DNA of 64,000 bases from Vicinamibacterales bacterium (GCA_050183995.1 JBFXAT010000003.1:48616-112615), one strand, 5' to 3'. Counted from the first letter of the stretch, positions 17,025 through 25,930 are shown. The notes: generated from the letters alone by a model not told the origin. Made by a program: numbers and translations.

Positions 17025-18158
17025 ATGATCAACGTAGCCGCGATTCGGATGCAGCAGTTCGGGGTGCAGTTCTACCAGGCCTCGTTGACCGCTCGGGACA
17101 TCGACAAGCTGGTGCGTTTCGAGGTGTTGAACTACGGCGAGTCGGCCGCCGGCGTCCGTGGCAAGGCGAAGGGCGCGTCCACGGCCTCGAAGGTGAACTG
17201 GGATCTGCTCGAGCGCCGCATCGCGTCGAGCGAGAAGGCCTATCAACGGCAGATCATCCGCCGCAAGATCGACGAGTTGGTCCAGTACTACGAACAGTGC
17301 CGCCAGGCTCGCGACCTGCCATCCATTCCTGGCGCCGTGATCATCAGCTGCGACGAGAAGCTCACCTTCGTCGCCTCCGGCGAGGACGGCCGCGTCGGCG
17401 TGCTCAAGGTGCCCGAACGTGAGGGTATTCTCCGCGCCATCGATGGCCAACACCGGCTGCTCGCGCTCCACGCCGACATCGATCGCTTCGCCGGCGAGGA
17501 GTTCAGCGTGCCGGCGGTGATTTTCGATCGCCTGCCTGAAGACCACGTCGTGCAGATGTTCGTTACGATCAACGCGAAACACACACGCCTGAACGCGTCG
17601 CACCTCGTGAGCCTCTCGGGCCGCCAGCTCTATCGCGACGAGGCGCTCGCGACCGGCCACGACGTCGTGCGCGCGCTGAACGACCGCGAGGACTCGCCGC
17701 TCCACGGCGACATTCGCCTGCTCGGCGTCGGCCGCGGGCGCGTGGCGCAGGCACCACTGGCGCAGGAGCTGAAGAAGCTGTTCGCCGACGACCTGTTCAC
17801 GTCGCGCCGCTCGAGCGATCCGCACGACGATGCGAGAAAGTTCTTCGTGAACTATTTCAAACAGATTGCCGTCGTCTTCGGTGCCGCGTGGAACGGACGG
17901 AAGTACAGCATCCGGTCGGCATCGTCGCTTCGCGCGTTCATCAGAGTCGCGCCGGACGTGATCAGGCGCCTGGACGAGGAGCACGCCGACCGCACCGACT
18001 TCCGCGCGATCGGACGCGTCATCTCGCCTTGGGGGCGGCGGATCGGCGATCTGCGCTTCGAGACCGACGGGGCGTGGAAGCGGAGCGGCACGACCGTCGA
18101 GTCGCTGGCCAAGGAGCTTCGCCTCGCCCTGCAATACCCGGAGGGAGCCGCTGTCTAG
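17025..18158 (+). CDS. DGQHR domain-containing protein (DndB-like, ParB/Srx fold)
   Basis: Has the literal motif LRAIDGQHRLLAL, then VPAVIFDRLPEDHVVQMFVTINAKHTRLNASHL (the DndB-type QMFxxIN block). 377 aa. Confidence 0.85.
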   Translation: MINVAAIRMQQFGVQFYQASLTARDIDKLVRFEVLNYGESAAGVRGKAKGASTASKVNWDLLERRIASSEKAYQRQIIRRKIDELVQYYEQCRQARDLPSIPGAVIISCDEKLTFVASGEDGRVGVLKVPEREGILRAIDGQHRLLALHADIDRFAGEEFSVPAVIFDRLPEDHVVQMFVTINAKHTRLNASHLVSLSGRQLYRDEALATGHDVVRALNDREDSPLHGDIRLLGVGRGRVAQAPLAQELKKLFADDLFTSRRSSDPHDDARKFFVNYFKQIAVVFGAAWNGRKYSIRSASSLRAFIRVAPDVIRRLDEEHADRTDFRAIGRVISPWGRRIGDLRFETDGAWKRSGTTVESLAKELRLALQYPEGAAV

Positions 18159-19236
18159 TCCAGGGACGATCCTGATCACCGGCGGAGCCGGATTCATCGG
18201 ATCGAATTTCGTTCGACACGTGCTCGCCGGGACCGGAGCCAGGGTCGTCGTCGTCGACAAGCTGACATACGCGGGAAGCCTGCTGAACCTGCAGGACGTG
18301 CTCGGAGACCGCCGGCTGACGTTCGTGCAGGCCGACATCGCGGACCGGGCGGCGATGGCAGACCTCGTCGACGGCCATCGGCCCGATGCCGTGGTCAACT
18401 TCGCGGCCGAGACGCACGTCGATCGGTCGATCGACGGCCCCGCCGCGTTCATCCAGACGAACATCGTCGGCACGTTCGTGCTGTTGGATGTGGCGCTGGC
18501 GCAGGTGCGGCAGCGTGCGGACGAGGAGCGCGCGAGGTTCCGGTTCCTGCACGTCAGCACCGACGAGGTCTACGGTTCGCTCGGACCCATGGGGGCGTTC
18601 AGCGAAGAGACGCCCTACGCGCCGAATTCGCCCTACGCGGCGAGCAAGGCCTCGGCGGACCACCTGGTGCGCGCCTATTTCCACACCTACGGTCTGCCGA
18701 CGCTGATCACGAACTGCTCGAACAACTACGGTCCCTACCAGTTTCCCGAGAAGCTGATCCCGTTGATGATCCTCAACGGAATGGACGGCCGGCCGCTGCC
18801 GATCTACGGCGACGGCGGGAATGTTCGAGACTGGCTGCACGTCGAGGATCACTGCAGCGGCGTGCTCACGGCCCTCGAACGGGGCCGCCCCGGCGAGAAG
18901 TACAACATTGGCGGGGGCAGCGAGCGGACGAACCTGCAGGTGGTGGACGCCATCTGCGGCGCGCTGGACGAGGTTGCGCCTGCTGCGGACAATCCCGCGC
19001 TTCGCGGCGCCCGGAGCTACACGACGTTGAAGACATTCGTACCCGATCGGCCTGGCCACGATCGCCGATATGCGATCGACGCGTCGAAGATTCATGACGA
19101 GCTCGGCTGGCGGCCGAGTCACGTCTTCGAGGACGGCCTGCGGGAGACCGTGCGGTGGTACGCGGAGCATCGCGAGTGGTGCCATGGCGTGCAGCAGGGA
19201 CAGTACGACCGCGAACGGCTCGGACTCGGCTCATGA
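18151..19236 (+). CDS. rfbB: dTDP-glucose 4,6-dehydratase
   Basis: [21 protein letters not shown]...[15 protein letters not shown]...[14 protein letters not shown]. The Rossmann motif lies upstream of the first canonical start (GTG 18220). The start is provisionally placed at CTG 18151, with GGAGGGAG 4 nt upstream. See findings. Confidence 0.85.
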   Translation: MSSPGTILITGGAGFIGSNFVRHVLAGTGARVVVVDKLTYAGSLLNLQDVLGDRRLTFVQADIADRAAMADLVDGHRPDAVVNFAAETHVDRSIDGPAAFIQTNIVGTFVLLDVALAQVRQRADEERARFRFLHVSTDEVYGSLGPMGAFSEETPYAPNSPYAASKASADHLVRAYFHTYGLPTLITNCSNNYGPYQFPEKLIPLMILNGMDGRPLPIYGDGGNVRDWLHVEDHCSGVLTALERGRPGEKYNIGGGSERTNLQVVDAICGALDEVAPAADNPALRGARSYTTLKTFVPDRPGHDRRYAIDASKIHDELGWRPSHVFEDGLRETVRWYAEHREWCHGVQQGQYDRERLGLGS

Positions 19237-20105
19237 AGGGCATCATCCTGGCGGGAGGAGCGGGAACGCGGCTGCATCCGCTGACGCGCGCGGTGAGCAA
19301 GCAGCTGCTCCCGGTCTACAACAAGCCGATGGTGTATTACCCGCTGTCGACGCTGATGCTGGCGGGCATTCGCGAAATCCTGGTGATCACGACCCCGCGC
19401 GATCGGGAGGATTTCGAGCGGCTGCTGGGCGACGGCTCCTCGATCGGCCTGCGCATCGACTACGCCGCACAGCCGCGCCCCGAAGGGCTCGCGCAGGCGT
19501 TCATCATCGGCCGCGAGTTCGTGGGCAACGATCGGGTGGCGCTCGCGCTGGGTGACAACATCTTCTACGGCGCGCACTTCAGCGACTACATTCGAGCCGC
19601 TGTGTCCAGGCGGGCGGGCGCGGTGGTCTTCGGGTACTGGGTCCGGGATCCGGAGCGCTACGGCGTCGTCGAGTTCGATGCAGAGGGCCGCGCCGTCAGC
19701 CTCGAGGAGAAGCCGTCGTCTCCGCGCTCGAACTTCGCGGTCACCGGCCTCTATTTCTACGACAACCAGGTCCTCGACATCTCGGCGGGCCTGCGTCCGT
19801 CGGCGCGCGGCGAGCTCGAGATCACCGACGTGAACCGATGTTATCTCGAGCGAGGCGAGCTCCACGTCGAACGACTGCCGCGTGGAATCGCGTGGCTCGA
19901 CACGGGCACCCACGAGGCGCTGGTACAGGCGTCGAACTACATTCAGGCGATCGAGGAGCGGCAGGGACTGATGGTCGCCTGTCTGGAGGAGATTGCGTTC
20001 CGGATGGGATACATCGAGTCGGCGCAGCTCGAAGCGCTCGCCGGCGCCATGGGGTCGAGCGCCTACGGTGGGTACTTGAAGACGCTCCTCGAACGAGGCG
20101 TCTGA
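19233..20105 (+). CDS. rfbA: Glucose-1-phosphate thymidylyltransferase
   Basis: [56 protein letters not shown] overlap with the rfbB stop. Confidence 0.93.
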   Translation: MKGIILAGGAGTRLHPLTRAVSKQLLPVYNKPMVYYPLSTLMLAGIREILVITTPRDREDFERLLGDGSSIGLRIDYAAQPRPEGLAQAFIIGREFVGNDRVALALGDNIFYGAHFSDYIRAAVSRRAGAVVFGYWVRDPERYGVVEFDAEGRAVSLEEKPSSPRSNFAVTGLYFYDNQVLDISAGLRPSARGELEITDVNRCYLERGELHVERLPRGIAWLDTGTHEALVQASNYIQAIEERQGLMVACLEEIAFRMGYIESAQLEALAGAMGSSAYGGYLKTLLERGV

Positions 20106-20107
20106 CG

Positions 20108-20671
20108 GTGCGAATCGTCCCGGCGGCCATACCGGAAGTCCTGCTCATCGAGCCCGATGTGTTCTCGGACGCGCGTGGGTTCTTTCTCGAGACCTACCAT
20201 GCCGAGCGATACGCTGCCGCTGGCATCCCGGGCCCCTTCATCCAGGACAACCACTCTCGCTCGGTGAAGGGCACGGTGCGCGGCCTTCATCTGCAGGTCG
20301 CCCGGCCGCAGGGGAAGCTCGTGCGCGTGGTCGTCGGCGAAATCTTCGACGTGGCGGTCGATGTTCGGGTCGGATCGCCGACCTTCGGCCGCTGGGTCGG
20401 AGAGCGGCTGTCGGCCGACTCGTTCCGTCAGTACTACATCCCGCACGGCTTCGCTCATGGATTCAGCGTCCTCAGCCCGTTCGCGGAGATCGAGTACAAG
20501 TGCACGGACCTCTACGATCCCGACGGTCAGCTGGGGATCGCCTGGGACGATCCCGAGTTGGCGATCACCTGGGAGGTCGCCTCGCCGGTCCTCTCCGAAC
20601 GCGATCGGCAGCATCCGACCTTGCGCGAGGCGTTCGATCGCCTGCCGCGCTACCCCTCGACAGATCCGTAA
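20108..20671 (+). CDS. rfbC: dTDP-4-dehydrorhamnose 3,5-epimerase
   Basis: IPEVLLIEPDVFSDARGFFLETY...RGLHLQ...QGKLVRVVVGEIFDVAVDVR...IPHGFAHGF. The GTG start is 2 nt after the rfbA stop. Confidence 0.92.
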   Translation: MRIVPAAIPEVLLIEPDVFSDARGFFLETYHAERYAAAGIPGPFIQDNHSRSVKGTVRGLHLQVARPQGKLVRVVVGEIFDVAVDVRVGSPTFGRWVGERLSADSFRQYYIPHGFAHGFSVLSPFAEIEYKCTDLYDPDGQLGIAWDDPELAITWEVASPVLSERDRQHPTLREAFDRLPRYPSTDP

Positions 20672-20844
20672 CTTCCGCGACGAGCTTGTGCGTGCCGCGG
20701 GCGATCTTCGGAAGGGACGCCCCTGATTCCGCGCGTTTTTCGCCCTTTCACACCGGTACATCCCTTGCGATATCTGCGGGCACGTCGATCTGTTTACGGC
20801 AGGGCGCCGTGAGTGCTGGGGGAGCCGGATCGGCGTAAGCAGGG

Positions 20845-20877
20845 GGGCATCGCAATGACGCGGTGCCCTTTTGTTTG
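20845..20877 (+). terminator. Rho-independent terminator-like hairpin between rfbC and pxpA
   Basis: GGGCATCGC-aatgac-GCGGTGCCC (9 bp including one U-G pair), followed by TTTTGTTTG. It ends 18 nt before the pxpA ATG. Confidence 0.6.
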
Positions 20878-20894
20878 TACACTTGCGACCGAGC

Positions 20895-21656
20895 ATGCGT
20901 CGCGTCGATCTGAATGCCGATGTCGGAGAGTCGTTCGGGCCGTACGTGATCGGCGACGATGCGGCGGTGCTGCGAAGCGTGACGTCCGCAAGCATCGCCG
21001 CAGGCTTCCATGCGGGCGACGCGAGCGTGCTTCGCCGTACGGTGCGGCTGGCCAAGGAGCACGGCGTCGCGGTCGGCGCGCATCCCGGGTTCTTCGACCT
21101 GGCCGGCTTCGGCCGACGAGAGATTCGGATGCGCCCGGAGGAAGCCGAAGACCTCGTGCTGTATCAGATTGCCGCTGTCGCCGGCGTCGCGTCGAGCGAG
21201 GGCATACGGCTCCAGCACGTGAAGCCGCACGGCGCGCTCTACAACATGGCCGTGCGGGATCGCGGCCTGGCTGACGCCATCGCGCGCGCGACGGCGTCCC
21301 TGGACGACCGGCTGATCTTGTGCGCCCCTCCGCGATCCGCTCTGGCGGAAGCGGGCGACGCGGCGGGCCTTCGGGTGGCGCGTGAAGGGTTCGCCGACCG
21401 CGCATACCACGCCGACGGGACGCTCGTGCCGCGGCACCTTCCCGGCGCCGTCATCGTCAGCGTCGAGGAGGTCGTCACCCGGGCGATACAGATGGCGATC
21501 GAGCGAACCGTGGTCGCCGTCGACGGAAGCGCGATTGCCCTCGAGGTCGACACCATCTGCGTCCACGGCGACTCGGTGGGCGCCGGCGCGCTGGCCGCTT
21601 GGCTGAGGGCGGGGCTCACGTCTTCCGGGATCGAGGTTCGCGCGCTCGGCGCCTGA
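20895..21656 (+). CDS. pxpA: 5-oxoprolinase subunit A (LamB/YcsF family)
   Basis: MRRVDLNADVGESFGPY...ASIAAGFHAGD...GAHPGF.D..GFGRR...HVKPHGALYN...CVHGD. Collinear with YbgL-type proteins to the C-terminus. Confidence 0.9.
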   Translation: MRRVDLNADVGESFGPYVIGDDAAVLRSVTSASIAAGFHAGDASVLRRTVRLAKEHGVAVGAHPGFFDLAGFGRREIRMRPEEAEDLVLYQIAAVAGVASSEGIRLQHVKPHGALYNMAVRDRGLADAIARATASLDDRLILCAPPRSALAEAGDAAGLRVAREGFADRAYHADGTLVPRHLPGAVIVSVEEVVTRAIQMAIERTVVAVDGSAIALEVDTICVHGDSVGAGALAAWLRAGLTSSGIEVRALGA

Positions 21657-22441
21657 ACGCGAGCGCCCGGCCACATGCCGGATAGCGGACGCCGTTCCGC
21701 TGCGGCTCGCGAGGCTGTTCCGCCGCTTCTCGCAAAGCGTGCCACGGCCTCGAGCGCTCTCCACACGGACTCGCGCGACACGCGATCGATCAGCGGTCCC
21801 GCCACCGGTCGCGCCAGCAGCGGAATGTCCCGGCTGAGCGAGAGCGTCAGCAGCGACACCTCCACCGCGTCGCCGACCTGCCGGTATGTCCAATACGAGT
21901 TCAAGCGCCACAGGAATCCGCGGTCGCTGCCATCGATCTCCGATATGCGCGTAGCCACGCTTCGGCTCGTGGCGAGACGATCGGAGTGGCGCGTGAACGA
22001 CACCTCGTGCTCGGTTTCGTATACGACGGTGAGCAGCGCGGTGCGTTTCACCTTCATGTACACACGCAGGTCGTCGCCACTCCGCGACATCACTCGCGCT
22101 TCGAGGATGTCGTCCGCCGGCGGAGGAAGACCGGGGGTCGACAGCGCATCGACGAGCCGTCGCACCGTGATCGCGGGGATCGTGATGGCTCCGCGCCATT
22201 CGTGGACCATGCCGCCAGGGACGGCGATCCGCCGTCCCTGCAGCACCGACCCGTTCGTGAAGGCGGCGCCCGCGTCCGCCCGAAGCGCGGCCTCGACGCT
22301 CGACACGTGTCGAGCCCACGCGCGCCGCGTCTCCGCGCGGGGCTGACGTTCGCCTGCCGCGATCGATTCTGCTGGAAAGACGACCACGGGCGCGGAGAGG
22401 ACGAGGACGGCCGCGGCGCCGAGAATACCTCGAGTCGTCAT
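21239..22441 (-). CDS. Secreted START/SRPBCC-like hypothetical protein with an anomalous long C-terminal extension
   Basis: Starts at MTTRGILGAAAVLVLSAPVVVFP (ATGA overlap with the upstream gene). The globular part ends near ...VWRALEAVARFARS (about 21727). The reading frame has no stop until 21239 and runs antisense through the pxpA 3' end. Confidence 0.55.
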   Translation of the reverse strand: MTTRGILGAAAVLVLSAPVVVFPAESIAAGERQPRAETRRAWARHVSSVEAALRADAGAAFTNGSVLQGRRIAVPGGMVHEWRGAITIPAITVRRLVDALSTPGLPPPADDILEARVMSRSGDDLRVYMKVKRTALLTVVYETEHEVSFTRHSDRLATSRSVATRISEIDGSDRGFLWRLNSYWTYRQVGDAVEVSLLTLSLSRDIPLLARPVAGPLIDRVSRESVWRALEAVARFARSGGTASRAAAERRPLSGMWPGARVQAPSARTSIPEDVSPALSQAASAPAPTESPWTQMVSTSRAIALPSTATTVRSIAICIARVTTSSTLTMTAPGRCRGTSVPSAWYARSANPSRATRRPAASPASARADRGGAHKISRSSRDAVARAMASARPRSRTAML

Positions 22442-23139
22442 GCCGCCCTCGCATCGACGGCGGAAGGGAGCGGCTCGGCCCGATACAGATCCCGGACGTT
22501 TCGCGCGGCCGAGACGACGAAGGCCACCGCCAGGCCGGCCACCCCGAGCGAGCCGCCGAGATCGAAGAGGCGAAGGGGCCCCAGGCCTCCCGGAGAGATC
22601 CACGCCGATCGGGCTGCCTGCACGGTGCCTGCGACGAGCAGCAGCCGCAGCTCCGTCGGTCCGACGCGGAGAAACGACATGCGGAAGAGCCCGGACGCAT
22701 GTGTCGCGAGGTACGACTCGGCCGATACCAGCAGATAGCCCGCCAGCAGTGCCATCGCGATGAGCGGATGGATCAGGTTCGAGCAGGCGAGTCCCGCAAG
22801 CAGCATCGTCGATCCGGCGATGTCGAGCACGTGATCGAGGTAGTAGCCATATCTCGGCCGCTGCTGACGTCTGACGCGCGCCACCGTGCCGTCGAGGCTG
22901 TCTCCGAACCAGTTGGCCGCCAGCGAGACCACGACGCCCGCGGCCGCCCAGCTGGGGGCGAGCGGAAAGGCTGCGAATGAGAGGCCGGCCGCCGCCATGC
23001 CCGCCATCGCCAGGGCCGACAAGTGGTCGGAGCCGATTCGGCGGGGAAGCCGCGCCGCGATCCAGACGAGAAGCCGCCGCTCGAGCTGCGCGGTGAGGCC
23101 CGAGTTGTTCCGCGTGTGTGTGCCGGTTCCGGTTTCCAT
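22438..23139 (-). CDS. CDP-alcohol phosphatidyltransferase family protein
   Basis: METGTG... start with GGAGGAG upstream. The motif GDSLDGTVARVRRQQRPRYGYYLDHVLD matches D-x2-DG-x2-AR...G-x3-D-x3-D. Multiple transmembrane helices. Confidence 0.85.
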   Translation of the reverse strand: METGTGTHTRNNSGLTAQLERRLLVWIAARLPRRIGSDHLSALAMAGMAAAGLSFAAFPLAPSWAAAGVVVSLAANWFGDSLDGTVARVRRQQRPRYGYYLDHVLDIAGSTMLLAGLACSNLIHPLIAMALLAGYLLVSAESYLATHASGLFRMSFLRVGPTELRLLLVAGTVQAARSAWISPGGLGPLRLFDLGGSLGVAGLAVAFVVSAARNVRDLYRAEPLPSAVDARAA

Positions 23140-23188
23140 GTGAGAGATCTCCTCCACATGGGAATGCGGAATCGGACTCGAAGAGGGC

Positions 23189-24901
23189 TCAGGAGCTCGC
23201 AGCCTGCTCCCGAAGCGCGCGGCGCAGCACCTTGCCGACCATCGTCTTCGGCAACTCCGCTCGGAACTCGACCTTGGCGGGCACCTTGTAGGGGGCGAGC
23301 TGCGACCGGCAGTGTGCGCGCAGCTCGGCTTCCGTGGCCGCGTGGCCGCTCCTGAGGACCACCCACGCGTGGACCGCCTCACCCTTCAGCGCATCGGGAA
23401 CGCCGGCGACTCCGACCTCTCCGACGCACGGGTGCGTCGCGAGCGCCTCTTCGACTTCCCGCGGCCACACCTGGTATCCGCTGGTCTTGATCAGGTCCTT
23501 CTTCCGATCGACGATGAAGAGGTAGCCTTCCGCGTCGAGGTATCCGAGGTCTCCCGTGTGGAGCCAGCGTCGGGTGCCATCTTCGTCCACGTGGTCGCGC
23601 AGCACCCCGGAGGTCTCCTCGGGCCGGTTCCAGAAGCCGATCATCAACTGGGCGCCCGTCAGGCAGATCTCGCCCACTTCTCCTGCCGGCATCTCGCGGG
23701 TGCCCTCGTCGGCGTCGTAGATCCGCACGCTCACGTCGGGCAGCGGCATGCCCACGGAGCCGAGCTTGTTCGGTCCATCGACCGGGTTGACGCAGAGCGC
23801 CATCATCGCTTCCGTCAGCGAGTAGCCTTCGACGATCCGCCCTCCCGTGATCGACTCGAAGCGCGCCTTGGTCTCGGCCAGCAGCGCCGACGCGCCCGAG
23901 AAGCAGATCCTGATCGACCGGAAGTCGACCTTGCCGTTCTGGACCGCCGGATGGTTGAGCAGGCCGGCGTACAGCGTCGGCACCCCGGTGAAGAACGCAG
24001 GCTTCACCTTCCTGATCGTCGCGATCAAGTCGTCGAGATCCCTCGGGTTGGGCACGAGCGCGAGGGGATTGCCCGTGACGAACGCGAGCGACTGGACGCC
24101 GACATTCGCGTAGACGTGAAACATCGGGAGCGGCAGCATCAGGCTGCTGTTGCCGAAGCCGAGCACGGAGGCCGTCCACGCGTGAATCTGCAGTCCGGTG
24201 AGCACGTAGGCGCCGTGCCTGCCCAGCACGCCCTTCGGTGTGCCGGTCGTGCCGCCGCTCATCAGGAGAACGGCGGGATCGTCGGGGCCGATCGCCGCTC
24301 GAGGGGGCCGATGGTCGGCGTGCTCGCGCATCAGATCCGCATACCGCAGATCTCCGTCGGCGAGCGCCACCCGATCGCCGTCGCGCTTCTCCCTGAGAAT
24401 CGTGAAGAGCACCCGCAGGAGCGGAGGGAAGTACTCCTTGATGTTGCTGACGATCACCCGCTTCACGGGTGTTCGCGCGCGCACCCGGCGAACGCGTTCG
24501 TAGAACCGCGAGAGCGTCACGATCGTCTCGACGCCGTGCTCCCGCAGCGGCTGTTCGATTTCGTGTTCGGTATAGATGGGGTTGAGCGGAGCGACGATGG
24601 CGCCCAGCTTCCAGGCGGCCAGCTCGGCGACGAAGAACTGCGGACAGTTCGGCAGCAGCAGCGCGACGCGGTCCCCCCGCCGGACGCCCAAGTGCGCCAG
24701 CGCCGCGGCAAACCGGTCGCTGTCGCGCTCCAGCTCCGCCCAGGTCATCGTCGCCCCCTTGAAGAGCAGGGCTGGTGCGCCGCTGTGCGAGCGCGCGAGC
24801 TCGGTGACGTAGTCGAGAAGAGTCTTATTGGGGTAGGGCGCCAGGGAATCCGGCACGCCGCGATCGTAGTGCGCCAGCCATGGGGCACGCGTCGTCGTCA
24901 T
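23189..24901 (-). CDS. AMP-dependent acyl-CoA synthetase/ligase (FadD-like)
   Basis: MTTTRAPWLAHYD...LLMSGGTTGTPKGV...GYSLTEA...TGDLGYLDAEGYLFIVDRKKDLIKTSGYQVWPREVE...PKTMVGKVLRR. The start is at the internal Met of the 756-aa track ORF. Confidence 0.9.
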   Translation of the reverse strand: MTTTRAPWLAHYDRGVPDSLAPYPNKTLLDYVTELARSHSGAPALLFKGATMTWAELERDSDRFAAALAHLGVRRGDRVALLLPNCPQFFVAELAAWKLGAIVAPLNPIYTEHEIEQPLREHGVETIVTLSRFYERVRRVRARTPVKRVIVSNIKEYFPPLLRVLFTILREKRDGDRVALADGDLRYADLMREHADHRPPRAAIGPDDPAVLLMSGGTTGTPKGVLGRHGAYVLTGLQIHAWTASVLGFGNSSLMLPLPMFHVYANVGVQSLAFVTGNPLALVPNPRDLDDLIATIRKVKPAFFTGVPTLYAGLLNHPAVQNGKVDFRSIRICFSGASALLAETKARFESITGGRIVEGYSLTEAMMALCVNPVDGPNKLGSVGMPLPDVSVRIYDADEGTREMPAGEVGEICLTGAQLMIGFWNRPEETSGVLRDHVDEDGTRRWLHTGDLGYLDAEGYLFIVDRKKDLIKTSGYQVWPREVEEALATHPCVGEVGVAGVPDALKGEAVHAWVVLRSGHAATEAELRAHCRSQLAPYKVPAKVEFRAELPKTMVGKVLRRALREQAASS

Positions 24902-24960
24902 CTGCGGCGGGATTATACCCTCCGGACCCGGCGCGGCCGGCGGTGCGCGCTCCGATCGAA

Positions 24961-25920
24961 CTAGGGGTGCGCGCTGGAGAGAAGCATCGAAAGCAGCGCC
25001 TTCTGCACGTGCAGGCGGTTCTCCGCCTGATCGAACACGACCGACGCGGGCGACTCGAATACGTCGGCCGTGACTTCTTCGCCCCGATGCGCGGGCAGGC
25101 AGTGCATGAAGAGCGCGCCTGGCTTCGCCTGCGACATGAGGTTCTCGTTCACCTGGTAGGGCCCGAACACCGAGCGGCGGACCTCCGCCTCCGATTCCTG
25201 GCCCATCGATGTCCATGTGTCCGTGTAGACGGCGTCGGCGCCGGACACCGCGTCGGCCGCCTCGGTGAAGAGGCGAAGCCGCGCACCCTGGCGCGCTGCA
25301 CCGGTGGCCTGGTGCACCGCTGCGTCGGACAGCTGATATCCCTCGGGGCTGGCGACGTGCACGTGAATCCCGAGCATCAGCGCCGCGTGCACCAGCGACA
25401 CGGCGACGTTGTTGCCGTCCCCGACGTAGGCGACCGTGCGGCCGCGAACCGTGCCCCACTGTTCACGCAGCGTCAACACGTCGGCCAGCGCCTGGCATGG
25501 ATGCTGTTCGTCGCTGAGCGCGTTGATCACGCGCAAGCGCGGCGCAGCCGCCGCGAACTCCTCCAGGAGGCGCTGCGAGAAGGTGCGGATCACCACGCCG
25601 TCGACCCATCGTTCGAGGTTGCGCGCCACGTCGGAAACCGGTTCGCGTTTGCCGAGCGCGGCATCGGGCTGGAGTCCGACGACGTTGCCGCCGAGCTCGA
25701 CGACGGCGATCTCGAACGTGGACCGCGTCCGAAGCGATGCCTTTTCGAAGAGCATGGCGACGTGGCGGCCCTCCAGCGCGGCAGACGTCGGGGCCTGGCG
25801 TCCGAGCGGGCGGTCGGCCTTGACGTGTCCGGCGATCTCGAGGCATCGCTCGAGCTCCGCGGCGTCGAAGTCGAGAACCGACAGGAAGTCCTTGCGAACG
25901 GGGGAGGCAGCGTGCGTCAT
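24961..25920 (-). CDS. argF: Ornithine carbamoyltransferase
   Basis: Shows FEKASLRTRSTFE...SDEQHPCQALAD...FMHCLPAHRGEEV. Confidence 0.93.
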   Translation of the reverse strand: MTHAASPVRKDFLSVLDFDAAELERCLEIAGHVKADRPLGRQAPTSAALEGRHVAMLFEKASLRTRSTFEIAVVELGGNVVGLQPDAALGKREPVSDVARNLERWVDGVVIRTFSQRLLEEFAAAAPRLRVINALSDEQHPCQALADVLTLREQWGTVRGRTVAYVGDGNNVAVSLVHAALMLGIHVHVASPEGYQLSDAAVHQATGAARQGARLRLFTEAADAVSGADAVYTDTWTSMGQESEAEVRRSVFGPYQVNENLMSQAKPGALFMHCLPAHRGEEVTADVFESPASVVFDQAENRLHVQKALLSMLLSSAHP

Positions 25921-25930
25921 AGGCTTCGAA

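Noticed and set aside
16926-18560. Very long ORFs antisense to or overlapping real genes. Examples: 16926..18560 (-), 7718..9556 (-), 44797..47118 (-), 38441..40045 (-), 15745..17028 (+), 54840..56597 (+).
   Set aside because: Their translations are Arg/Ala/Gly/Pro-rich low-complexity strings with no motifs, typical of stop-poor alternative frames in very GC-rich DNA. In every case the opposite or other frame encodes a protein with clear family signatures.
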